Below are positions 8,001 through 15,387 of a stretch of DNA of 64,000 nt, piece after piece. The stretch comes from Akkermansia muciniphila (lineage in GTDB: Bacteria > Verrucomicrobiota > Verrucomicrobiia > Limisphaerales > F1-80-MAGS106). The position numbers and the translations under genes were made by a program. The DNA lies in assembly GCA_945865375.1 (NCBI GenBank), contig CAMBEJ010000002.1:13739-77738 (forward strand). Reading direction: 5' to 3'. Below the pieces are notes generated by a model, which saw only the letters and a program-made list of their open reading frames with translations, was not told where the DNA came from and did not search any database. Each line of letters opens with the position of its first letter. The first letter of the stretch is position 1.

Positions 8001-9961
8001 CACGAACGGGAGCCACCCCCCCAATGGGAGGACGCGATACCTACGTCGTGGTCATAACGGACGAAGACTATTCTCGACGGCCCGGAACCAGCGACTTGCC
8101 AGTTCGCCCCGATGGACAAGGTGTGGTCGACTATTTCCGGGTCAAGGTCGGCTTGCCTGAAAGTCACATCATCTGGCATCACGACGGGCTGGGAAGTGCC
8201 GACGATTTACGTGCAAACACAGTGAGTGAAAAAATAGCATCTGTTTCCTCGCGCGGGTTCGACGGAAACGACGACCTCGTCATCGTCTATTCGGGGCACG
8301 GGCATGAGAGCGGAAATTGGGCTCTCAACGCAGGGAGCTTTTCCCCAGACGATTTAGCTAGCGCGATTGACGGCCTGGGGCCTAGAAGTGCTTTCGTCAT
8401 TAGTGATTCATGCTTCAGTGGCGCATTCCTAGCGTCGCTCGACGCGAAACTAAAAACGCCTTTGGTGGGATTCGCAGCCACTGATTCGGACTCCATCTCT
8501 TATGCTGGAAGCGACGCTACAATGAGTCGATTTCTCGGGGCGTTGCTTGATCGACTGAACGATGGAGAGAATCTAAACGATGCAATGACCGATGCCCAAC
8601 GTGACGCGTCCGGCTGCGGCGCTACCACTGCCTGCAGCCCCGATGCATTTCAACAACCGCAACTTTTCGACAATGATGGAGTGGATATCTCAAGAGTGCC
8701 TTGGGATCCGTCCATTGTCGATCAGTTCATTCATCTGCTTGGGACGGCCTGGAACTCCGCTGGGCAGAATTTGCAGGAGCTCATCGCACACTTGGTCCGC
8801 CCCATCGACCCCAACGACAAGCTCGCTCCCGTCGGCATCGGCCCGACGCACGCAATCGCCGCGAGCGACATGCTGGACTACATGATTCGATTCGAGAACG
8901 ACCCCAAGATCGGGGCTACCGCGCCAGTCCAGGAACTCGTGGTGGTGGATTATCTCAGCGCTGATCTCGATTGGACCAGCGTTCGATTTGGAACCCTGAG
9001 CTACGGCGATCGCATGATCGCCATCCCGCCCGAGACGATGACCTTTTCAACGAGCGATGTACCGCCGACTAATTCGGTTTCCATCGCAGGACGAACGCAA
9101 GGCGAGTTGGCGGTGGATGTCGCCGTCGGCCTTAACCCACAGACGGGCCGAATGGAGTGGCGGGCGCGGGCGGTGGATACCAAGACCGGCCAGTTCCCGG
9201 AGGATGCTCTCGCCGGATTCCTACCGCATACCAGCGAACTCGGACGCAACGGCTATGTGACTTTCTCGGTGAAGCCCAAAGCCAATACGCCCCTCGGCAC
9301 CGTTATCACCAACATCGCGAGCATCGTCTTCGACTCGAACGACCCCATCGCGACACCGCCGGTTTGGAACACCATTGCCGACATCGCCCCAAAGCTGGTG
9401 GTGACCCTCGACTACGCTGCGGCTGAAATCCTCCCCGGCGTGCCGTTCACTTACACCCTCTCGTTCACCAATACGAGCTTGAGCGACCTCTCGGGAATTT
9501 CGATTACCAACACGCTGCCCGCGAGACTTGCCGTCAGCACGACCGCGACCCCCATTGGTCAGGCTCGAATCGCCAACGGCATGGTAGTGTGGAATGTGGA
9601 TTCGCTGGCACCCGGGGGTTCCGCCACTTTATCGGTCACCGCCACGGCGGGAGCGGAAGGCGAATTCGAGCTTCCCGTCTCCGGCGTCGCCAACGGTGGC
9701 ACCGTCGTCATCGATCAACCGGGGAGATTGATTGTCAGAACCCAAGCGAAGCCCGAGCTCTCGGTTTCGTTGATCGGCAATCAGCTCGAATTGACCTGGC
9801 CCATTTCCGTGGTGGGGTACGATCTCCAGACAACTTCAACTTTGTCTGATTCCGCGGACTGGCAACCCGTCGGGGTAAATCCAAGTGTGAACGGCAATCG
9901 TTGGAGGATTGTTCTCAGCTCGTCGCAGGCGGCACAGTATTTCCGTCTCGTCCATCCGTGA
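5030..9961 (+). CDS. Giant exported multidomain protein: signal peptide, short tandem repeats, WD40 propeller, PPC/Ig-like region, clan-CD cysteine peptidase domain, DUF11-like repeat, C-terminal FYRL module
   Basis: 1,643-aa ORF. WD40 blades such as HTHAITAVAFSPNSDRVLTASLDGSIRIWDL. His/Cys dyad blocks VIVYSGHGHESG and FVISDSCFSGAFLASL. DUF11-like PGVPFTYTLSFTNTSLSDLSGISITNTLPARL..WNVDSLAPGGSATLSVTA. Ends in QYFRLVHP. Confidence 0.85.
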   Translation: MNLPVQNWRACARGMWATLWSLVTLGFAFTTSIFAAEDTFHLTSESPAFPLDTRPITPDATPKSTLLIAESDPFPLDTRPIVGEQAGPTRLVAESPAFPLNTRPINPDATPQTTRLVAESDPFSLDTRERHADLSQSFQIIAETPPFALDTRTKGDDSSLLRSILESAPFALDTRGTPATQIEQSRDLLESASFTLNTLPIPPPKVDGFPLTAVSPPFALDTKSGYPTTPFRLTANAVGDGVNATVGALRFSPDGLRLAAAQSGRVRLWDLRSTRGPTTLGTGGAEITSMDFAPTGDQLLTGTADGLLRWWDPATRLELGRKSAGNGEAHAVYSKDGARVVAGAGSSLAVWRRPSFDVLAALRGSEGAVTAVALSPDNRFVLAGNSARTALLWNAETGALLARFTNHTHAITAVAFSPNSDRVLTASLDGSIRIWDLRTLREVAVIQQGSPVIAASWSLDGRLVVSGNNASPGQVFLWNDHDGSLRRVATDLSTEASRIQDIALSPDQTLLATSHSDGRVRLWDAGMEALPADPPILLTPGPETPLTLRSHGRYYFQVEVPSGRSLIVRMETATLGVKPQSLNRRAHGSSDGVRFGNRDLGARDGAAAPLAVTKIENLDITALQLFIAKDRLPNVHDFDTVIQATVANMRAEAPISSVTGGTYYVLALSPYLSDGAIQTRLSAAFEDFHLSAMAPLSGGNVGTVTAEIQGTGLNPSVGYRLVGAGGTIVAGRVALGVDSTRVFVTFDLRGIPPGGFELIAEKSGQAGSIALAQNFQVIVGTGPKLEVRLDTPLAIRAGRDYVAYLELSNVGDNDSEVPLLMVEFQGLGALRLKANGPNYTQRLSLFLPPQSDILPVYPPGRSTRIPLYFTSGSADIHFKLSQSSIGSTAFGPLQLDYSQLTRPTDFSETEWADHTIAIQQRYGVSLGQFLRNSVATGLNVFSTHEPSRSFVALVNGSWLILRKPSIGDHPNLPVPELPERKRLSLVGTSESRTGATPPMGGRDTYVVVITDEDYSRRPGTSDLPVRPDGQGVVDYFRVKVGLPESHIIWHHDGLGSADDLRANTVSEKIASVSSRGFDGNDDLVIVYSGHGHESGNWALNAGSFSPDDLASAIDGLGPRSAFVISDSCFSGAFLASLDAKLKTPLVGFAATDSDSISYAGSDATMSRFLGALLDRLNDGENLNDAMTDAQRDASGCGATTACSPDAFQQPQLFDNDGVDISRVPWDPSIVDQFIHLLGTAWNSAGQNLQELIAHLVRPIDPNDKLAPVGIGPTHAIAASDMLDYMIRFENDPKIGATAPVQELVVVDYLSADLDWTSVRFGTLSYGDRMIAIPPETMTFSTSDVPPTNSVSIAGRTQGELAVDVAVGLNPQTGRMEWRARAVDTKTGQFPEDALAGFLPHTSELGRNGYVTFSVKPKANTPLGTVITNIASIVFDSNDPIATPPVWNTIADIAPKLVVTLDYAAAEILPGVPFTYTLSFTNTSLSDLSGISITNTLPARLAVSTTATPIGQARIANGMVVWNVDSLAPGGSATLSVTATAGAEGEFELPVSGVANGGTVVIDQPGRLIVRTQAKPELSVSLIGNQLELTWPISVVGYDLQTTSTLSDSADWQPVGVNPSVNGNRWRIVLSSSQAAQYFRLVHP
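5162..5698 (+). repeat. Coding tandem repeat, 8-9 units of 24-25 aa (E-S-x-P-F-x-L-D-T-R core)
   Basis: Units ESPAFPLDTR, ESDPFPLDTR, ESPAFPLNTR, ESDPFSLDTR, ETPPFALDTR, ESAPFALDTR, ESASFTLNTL and VSPPFALDTK at regular spacing. Confidence 0.9.
8035..8640 (+). other. Clan-CD cysteine peptidase domain (legumain C13 / caspase C14-like) within the giant ORF
   Basis: His codon at 8297-8299 (YSGHG) and Cys codon at 8411-8413 (SDSCFSG), 38 residues apart. The C-x-S-G-x-F pattern and the following ATDSDSISYAG resemble bacterial C13 peptidases. Confidence 0.6.
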
Positions 9962-9964
9962 CGC

Positions 9965-10111
9965 GGTAATCATCCGGTGGTGGGCCATCCAGGCTTGCAG
10001 GAGCGCATCCGTCTCGATGGCGTCTTTTCCTTTGGCTTGCTGGACTTCAATCTTCGAAATCGCGTCCAGAATGTCTTGAAGGCTATCCCTCAGGCGTCTC
10101 ATAGGAGTCTT
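9965..10111 (-). pseudogene. HEPN/DUF86 (HepT-like) N-terminal remnant
   Basis: MRRLRDSLQDILDAISKIEVQQAKGKDAIETDALLQAWMAHHRMIT resembles DUF86 N-termini (L-x-D-I-L-x-A-I-x-x-I-E). The R-x4-6-H region is missing. The rest of the 95-aa ORF runs antisense into the giant gene. Confidence 0.4.
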
Positions 10112-10282
10112 GAACAGTGACAATTATTATTCACGAAGCCGAGCCGAGGATGGCCACGATTCCGGGCCATGGGCGCTTATTCTAGTTCGCTTTAAACATG
10201 ATCCTAACATGGTTTCAAAACCACTTGTGAAACAGGCTTCATCAAGGATGATTAGTCTCATCTTGAAAAGCGCCTTGGAATT

Positions 10283-10425
10283 AGCAGTTCTCAATTTGAT
10301 AAATGTGGGGCAGGGTCTCCGACCTGCCGGTTCGCGGAGTGTTGCGCTCCGAGCGGGGCCAGAGGCCTCCGTAACCGGCAGACCGGGAGGTCTACCCCAC
10401 CCTGCCGATCAAATTGAGAACTGCT
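10283..10425. repeat. Structured palindromic repeat, copy 1 (complete)
   Basis: Outer 18-bp perfect inverted repeat AGCAGTTCTCAATTTGAT (10283-10300) / ATCAAATTGAGAACTGCT (10408-10425). Inner hairpins GGCAGG..CCTGCC and AGACC..GGTCT. The core is shared with 26056-26172. Confidence 0.85.
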
Positions 10426-10468
10426 GATGGGTGCTAGCCTTCGTGCGGCGTGCGCGTAGGCTCAGGTC

Positions 10469-10683
10469 ATGCTCAATTGGAGCCAATGTCCGGCGGTGGA
10501 ACGCGTCCCCGGCGAGGTCAGCGGCGAGTGGCTCTTTTACGGCACGAGGGTTCCGGTCGAGGCGTTCTTCGAGAATGTCGTTCGATAGAAAGTCTACCAG
10601 TTCAACCCAACTCGACCCCCGTCCTTTTTGACTGGATTCTGGTTCAGTTTGATTACGGGCCAACGCCTCCATTTTGGCCCTGA
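10469..10683 (+). pseudogene. DUF433-like gene, interrupted (premature stop/frameshift)
   Basis: MLNWSQCPAVERVPGEVSGEWLFYGTRVPVEAFFENVVR then TAG (10586-10588). The G-T-R-V-P-V motif is typical of DUF433. A weak continuation (SIESL..VLFDWIL) appears in another frame. Confidence 0.5.
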
Positions 10684-12068
10684 ACTTTGCCAGAATTCTT
10701 GGTTTGCGTCTCGGATCTTGCCGATGGACCTGCGGCACTTGTGGCTGGATGGATCCAGTTTGGAAACCGTTTGTTCAGGGACTTGACGCCGTCGCTTCCG
10801 AGCGTTGAGAGGATCGCTTTTTCGGTCTCCTCCCGCATCATCAGAAGCGTGCGCTCTCTATCTTCGGCGTTCAGAAATGGGTCCGAGTAAATCCTATCGG
10901 TTTCCTCCTCGACGGCCTGACGGATTTCGAAAAGTTTTGGCGCTGTGTCCGCTTCCGCTTCGATCGACTGGGTGAACTCCAGGAGTTCTCGAAACTGTGG
11001 GTTCTGGGCTCGCTCGAACTGCTCAAACCGTTCAGGCCCGAGGACATTGGCTAACTGCAATTCGTAATCCTTTTTTGCTTTCTCACGCGCCGGAGTGTGC
11101 GTGTCATCAGGGTTCCCTCTGAGGGCTCTTCCAGGAACAGTCGAGAGTTTGTCGAGGGCCTCTTCTAAGGATTTCTTCATCGCGTAGAGCGCGAGGAATT
11201 CCTTCTCATTCGGCTGGAATGCGGACAGCTCCTTGCGGAGGGTTTCGGAGGTTTCAGAGAACCAGAGATCGTATTGAGTTCGTTCCTTCGGCGACAGGAC
11301 TGCGGCAAGCTCTTTCTCCTGTTCAGACAGCAGGTATTTCCATTTTCTTTTCTCTTCTTCTGTCCAGTCCCTGTTTGCCGTCGAGTCGCGAAAGCGGTCC
11401 ATCGCCGCGCGATGTTTCTCACGAATGTCCGCGACTTCAGAGGCTTTAGCTTCGGGTAAAAATTGGCGCAGTTCGGCTTCGCCGGTGTCGTGCCATTCGA
11501 GGTGGGTGCGCGCGCGCTCCTGCGCGAGGTCAACCCCCAAGAGGTCCCGAACCAGGTCGCGCTGCTCCTTGAACAGTTGGCTTCGCAGCGAGTCGATAGA
11601 AATCTCGTTTTTTTGGCCATCGGGCCCCGGTAGTTTCCAGAAATGCCTCGGACGCTGAAGATTGAGCAGCGAGGCTTGTTCGCGGAATTTCTTAGCAAAC
11701 AACTTCGTGAGGTCCGCGATGAGGATGTCCTTTATCGTTTCATCAGGGCACTGGACCTCGCGGAGGTTTTTGATGAAGACGCGGTAGTCATCCGACTCAA
11801 GCGAATGCCAGTCGAGCGAAATTGGGGGTGAGGGCTCAGATACGGTCAATGTGCGCGCGGCTACTTTGACCACCGTGTTGGTCCGAATGAGCCGTACCGG
11901 CAGAGGGCGGGGCGGATCAGGACGAAGGAAATAGTAGGCCGTGGTGAGTAACAGGCCCACGTTCAAACCGGCCGAGACTGCGAGTGCCGCGCGGGAATTC
12001 ATAGGAACTCGAGCAATCCGCAGACCGTAGAGGATGGTTTCGCACTTTGCAATGATTCCTGAATGCAA
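10653..12068 (-). CDS. Hypothetical membrane-anchored helical protein
   Basis: 471-aa ORF. N-terminal anchor MNSRAALAVSAGLNVGLLLTTAYYFL (alternative start at 12002). Charged helical remainder. Last gene of a tightly spaced minus-strand cluster. No family recognised. Confidence 0.6.
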   Translation of the reverse strand: MHSGIIAKCETILYGLRIARVPMNSRAALAVSAGLNVGLLLTTAYYFLRPDPPRPLPVRLIRTNTVVKVAARTLTVSEPSPPISLDWHSLESDDYRVFIKNLREVQCPDETIKDILIADLTKLFAKKFREQASLLNLQRPRHFWKLPGPDGQKNEISIDSLRSQLFKEQRDLVRDLLGVDLAQERARTHLEWHDTGEAELRQFLPEAKASEVADIREKHRAAMDRFRDSTANRDWTEEEKRKWKYLLSEQEKELAAVLSPKERTQYDLWFSETSETLRKELSAFQPNEKEFLALYAMKKSLEEALDKLSTVPGRALRGNPDDTHTPAREKAKKDYELQLANVLGPERFEQFERAQNPQFRELLEFTQSIEAEADTAPKLFEIRQAVEEETDRIYSDPFLNAEDRERTLLMMREETEKAILSTLGSDGVKSLNKRFPNWIHPATSAAGPSARSETQTKNSGKVQGQNGGVGP

Positions 12069-12071
12069 CTT

Positions 12072-12497
12072 TCAGGCCGCAAAATGGGGGTTCTCCGAGA
12101 GCGTGAATTCCAGAACCGGCACCCCACCGATGAGGTGTTCCTGGATTATTCGCTCCAAAATCTCGGGAGTACAGGAGTGATACCAAATGGCCTCTGGATA
12201 GACCACCGCGATGGGGCCCGCAACGCAGACACGAAGGCAGTTTGCCTTTGTTCGAAAGACCAGAGGCTCAGGTCCCGCGAGGCCGAGTTGCTTTAGGCGC
12301 GATTTGAGAAACTCCCATGATTCCAAACCCTTCTCCCTGACGCAGCATTTGGCATCGGTTTGGTCGGCGCAAAGAAACAGATGCCTTCGGTAGGTTGCAA
12401 GGCCGACCCTTTCCGCGATCTCGCGGAGTGCTTGTGCCTCGGTTGGAGTCGTCATGCGATCAAGAGCCTTTTGCTGGATAGAATGGTGGCGGGTCAA
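12072..12497 (-). CDS. Thioredoxin-like [2Fe-2S] ferredoxin domain protein
   Basis: [15 protein letters not shown] ... [20 protein letters not shown] cysteine pattern. Confidence 0.75.
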   Translation of the reverse strand: MTRHHSIQQKALDRMTTPTEAQALREIAERVGLATYRRHLFLCADQTDAKCCVREKGLESWEFLKSRLKQLGLAGPEPLVFRTKANCLRVCVAGPIAVVYPEAIWYHSCTPEILERIIQEHLIGGVPVLEFTLSENPHFAA

Positions 12498-12874
12498 CGG
12501 CTCTCTCGAGGTTCATCCATCCATTCGTCCGAGGGATCGAACGCCGGCACGGGGATGTTTAGGAGGCGCAGTTTCCCGATCGCTCGGTGGCGGCACCCTG
12601 GGCGAATATAAATCGCAGTCATGGGTTTCACGGGAAATTTTATTCCATCGAGTTCGATTTCACCAGTGCCTTCAAGGACTACATAGATTTCGGTCATCCC
12701 TTTGTGGTAGTGGCTTGCTGAATCAATTTCGATGTCCACCAGGTGAACGCTGGCTGCCTGACGCGGGTCCCTTCCCCCGAACGCGCGCCGTGCCCAGCCG
12801 CACGGGCACCGTTGGGGATCGATCTCCGTGAGCTGAGCGATTTCGAAATTCAGGGTGTCTTTCGTTTGTGGCAT
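12494..12874 (-). CDS. Cupin domain protein
   Basis: [36 protein letters not shown] (cupin motifs 1 and 2). Overlaps its neighbours by 4 nt and 25 nt. Confidence 0.8.
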   Translation of the reverse strand: MPQTKDTLNFEIAQLTEIDPQRCPCGWARRAFGGRDPRQAASVHLVDIEIDSASHYHKGMTEIYVVLEGTGEIELDGIKFPVKPMTAIYIRPGCRHRAIGKLRLLNIPVPAFDPSDEWMDEPRESR

Positions 12875-13614
12875 GCTGGGCTTGGAGTTGGAGGGTGGGC
12901 GGCTAATGTCGCCGCTGCCAAACGGGCGATGCGTGTGGAATTGGGCGAATCGGAGTGGATGGAAAGTGTCCGAGGGCGGAGACGAAGAAGCGTGCCCTCT
13001 CGAGCAGTCAATTCGCCACTGTTCCTGAGGCTCAGAAGCCTGGCTTTGAGTTCGCTAAAGCGGGTCAGGAGAGCTCCGGGTTCAGCGCGGGGAACTAGGG
13101 TCGCGTCGGGTAAGTAAGCTCGATCAAGAAACGCTTCGCCCCATGCGGCGAGTCCCCGTTGTTTTGCGAGATTCAGCACTTTTCCTTTTGCGAGAGAAAA
13201 GATAATGAGCCTGGGCCACCAACATTGGATCGTTTCGAGGTAAGCAGCAGCCAGCTCGGGATTGCGCTCCGTGATGTGATAGAGGGCGCCGTGCAGTTTG
13301 ACGTGGCGCAGCCGCGTGTTCAAAGCGTGCGCGATCGTCTCCAACCCGCTGATCTGCTGGACCAGGAGTGCTGAAAGCTCAGAGGGTAGCAGCCGAACCT
13401 CGACACGACCAAACTTTGCGCGGTCTGGCGATCCGGGATGCGCACCGATCCCCACGCCATACCGCAGAGCGAGTCCGATCGCGTTTTCCATGGAGGTGAT
13501 ATCGCCCGCGTGGCCGCCACAGGCGATGTTTGCTGAGCTTACGCATCGCATCAGCGCTTCGGTTTTTGCTGGCGACTCGCCTTCGCCTAAATCGCAGTTG
13601 AGATCCAAGGGCAT
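12850..13614 (-). CDS. pxpA: 5-oxoprolinase subunit A (LamB/YcsF family)
   Basis: MPLDLNCDLGEGES...ANIACGGHAGD..IGAHPG, family-typical motifs. Confidence 0.9.
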   Translation of the reverse strand: MPLDLNCDLGEGESPAKTEALMRCVSSANIACGGHAGDITSMENAIGLALRYGVGIGAHPGSPDRAKFGRVEVRLLPSELSALLVQQISGLETIAHALNTRLRHVKLHGALYHITERNPELAAAYLETIQCWWPRLIIFSLAKGKVLNLAKQRGLAAWGEAFLDRAYLPDATLVPRAEPGALLTRFSELKARLLSLRNSGELTAREGTLLRLRPRTLSIHSDSPNSTRIARLAAATLAAHPPTPSPACHKRKTP

Positions 13615-13617
13615 CGC

Positions 13618-14517
13618 TCAGTTCGACGGCGTAAACCTCACCTTAGTTCCCGGTCGAGCCTGGGCCAGCCAGCCGAGATCGGCAGGGTCCACCAGTCCGA
13701 GCTTGGGGTAGCCACCTACGGTTGGGCCATCATTCATTGTCACGATAGGCTGGCCGTTCCCAGGGATCTGGACGGAGCCTGGAAGGACGGCTTCACTGAT
13801 AATTTGCGATTCCCGGGATTTGATGGAGGGCCCAGCGAGCCTAAAACCAGTGCGGTCGCTTCTTGATGTGGTTGTCCAATCATTCCCAAAAAATCGCGAA
13901 CGATCTTGTTCCGTAAAAAAATCCCATTGCGGCCCTGGCCACACTCGGAGTGGAGGTGGGAAACGGTAGTCTCTGTGCTCATCCCACGGGACCAGCCTGG
14001 AAGCAACGCCTGGCGGCAGCACGAGCCGATGTTCAGTCTTGTCGAGCCTCTGCAGGAGATCTCCTGGCTCGAACTTTTTCCCGAGGCCCGCATCGGCGTA
14101 TGTGCTCTGGCTGCCAAAATATTCTGCGGCCTCACTGCCGAATCCCCCTTCGACTGCCAGGTAGGCCCAGATCCCTGATTTGTTCCGCGTAAACTCGACG
14201 TGGGTCCCGCTTGTTACTCGAACGGTCCGCCATCGTGAGACAGAACATTCGAGATCTGCTCCACACACCGCGATCCATGTGTCTGTTAGAAACTCCAACG
14301 CCGCGCCCTGGAGGAGGATTTCAAGCGCCCCCGCGTTTGGAGCATTATTCAGGAGTCGGTTGGCCCACGAGAACGCGTGTGGGTCCATGGCTCCGGATCG
14401 TGGCACACCGAATCGACCAAACCCGTGCCGACCCGTATCCTGAAGCGTCAGACCGAGGCCCGGTGAGAGCACTCTCAGCACAGGTTGGAGGGAGTGGAGC
14501 ATGGTGGTTGCAGGCAA
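13618..14517 (-). CDS. pxpC: 5-oxoprolinase subunit C (biotin-dependent carboxyltransferase family / KipA-like)
   Basis: GLTLQDTGRHGFGRFGVPRSGAMD..., GSVQIPGNGQPIVTMNDGPTVGGYPKLG. Confidence 0.85.
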   Translation of the reverse strand: MPATTMLHSLQPVLRVLSPGLGLTLQDTGRHGFGRFGVPRSGAMDPHAFSWANRLLNNAPNAGALEILLQGAALEFLTDTWIAVCGADLECSVSRWRTVRVTSGTHVEFTRNKSGIWAYLAVEGGFGSEAAEYFGSQSTYADAGLGKKFEPGDLLQRLDKTEHRLVLPPGVASRLVPWDEHRDYRFPPPLRVWPGPQWDFFTEQDRSRFFGNDWTTTSRSDRTGFRLAGPSIKSRESQIISEAVLPGSVQIPGNGQPIVTMNDGPTVGGYPKLGLVDPADLGWLAQARPGTKVRFTPSN

Positions 14518-14535
14518 ACTGGCGTCGGATAAGCC

Positions 14536-15213
14536 TCAGGAAGTGGGCACAAAACGGATCAGATCACCCGGGCGAAGCAGAAAAGCACGCTCAGGATCGC
14601 TTCCTCCGGCACGGTCTGGGTGGAACAGCTTTTCGTTTGTATGCCCGATGATATTCCAACCCCCAGGGCGGTTGACTGGATAGATGCCGGTGTGTTCTCC
14701 TCCTATCGCCACAGCTCCGGCAGCGACCCCTGGGCGCGGGGTGTCCAACCGGGGCGTGTGCAACCGTGGATCAAGTCCGTGCAGGTAGGGAAAACCGGGG
14801 CAGAAGCCCAGCATGTGCACTCGGTAGTGCGCCGACTGATGACGAAAACACACCTCCTCGGTGGACATTCCGGTGTGATCAGCGACTCGCTGGAGATCGG
14901 GGCCATCATACACAACTGGAATCTCCACGCGCCTCGGCGTCCCCTCGTAAGGAGGCGTGACGTTCCACGCTCTGGCGAGGTTATCCGCCAAGGCTTCGAG
15001 ACTCCCGGCATGGGCTGCCTCGAACTCCAGGGTGATAGTGGTGAATCCACGAAAATAGTCGACCAAACCCACAGGCGGTGAAACCTCGAGGCTGTGGGAA
15101 ATGCTCTGAAGCCGTTCGAATACGGAGTCCCCGGGGTGATCAGCCAGCCTGAAGATCAATCCATGCGGCCCGTAACGGCGCCAAGTGATGAGCAGGCTGA
15201 GAGCGGTGTTCAT
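14536..15213 (-). CDS. pxpB: 5-oxoprolinase subunit B (KipI-like)
   Basis: YRVHMLGFCPGFPYLHGLDPRLHTPRLDTPRPGVAAGAVAIGGEHTGIYPVNRPGGWNIIG. Start set at the internal Met (15213); the 45-codon upstream extension looks spurious. Confidence 0.85.
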   Translation of the reverse strand: MNTALSLLITWRRYGPHGLIFRLADHPGDSVFERLQSISHSLEVSPPVGLVDYFRGFTTITLEFEAAHAGSLEALADNLARAWNVTPPYEGTPRRVEIPVVYDGPDLQRVADHTGMSTEEVCFRHQSAHYRVHMLGFCPGFPYLHGLDPRLHTPRLDTPRPGVAAGAVAIGGEHTGIYPVNRPGGWNIIGHTNEKLFHPDRAGGSDPERAFLLRPGDLIRFVPTS

Positions 15214-15387
15214 GGGGTCTGCACTAGTCGGCTCCCGTTTCGCATTGGGACCATGGACCTGAGGCCGTGGGGCGTTGCTGCTTCGCTCATTAATTTTGAT
15301 GTGCGTGGCACAAGTGCGATGGGATGCCAGGGATGCGCAGAACGGCAACTCTAGCGGTTACCGGTTCACGAGAAGCGCGGTGTGGGT

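Noticed and set aside
10409-10738. 109-aa minus-strand ORF
   Set aside because: It overlaps the palindromic repeat and runs antisense to the DUF433-like remnant, which has the recognisable motif (GTRVPV). No family features were found.
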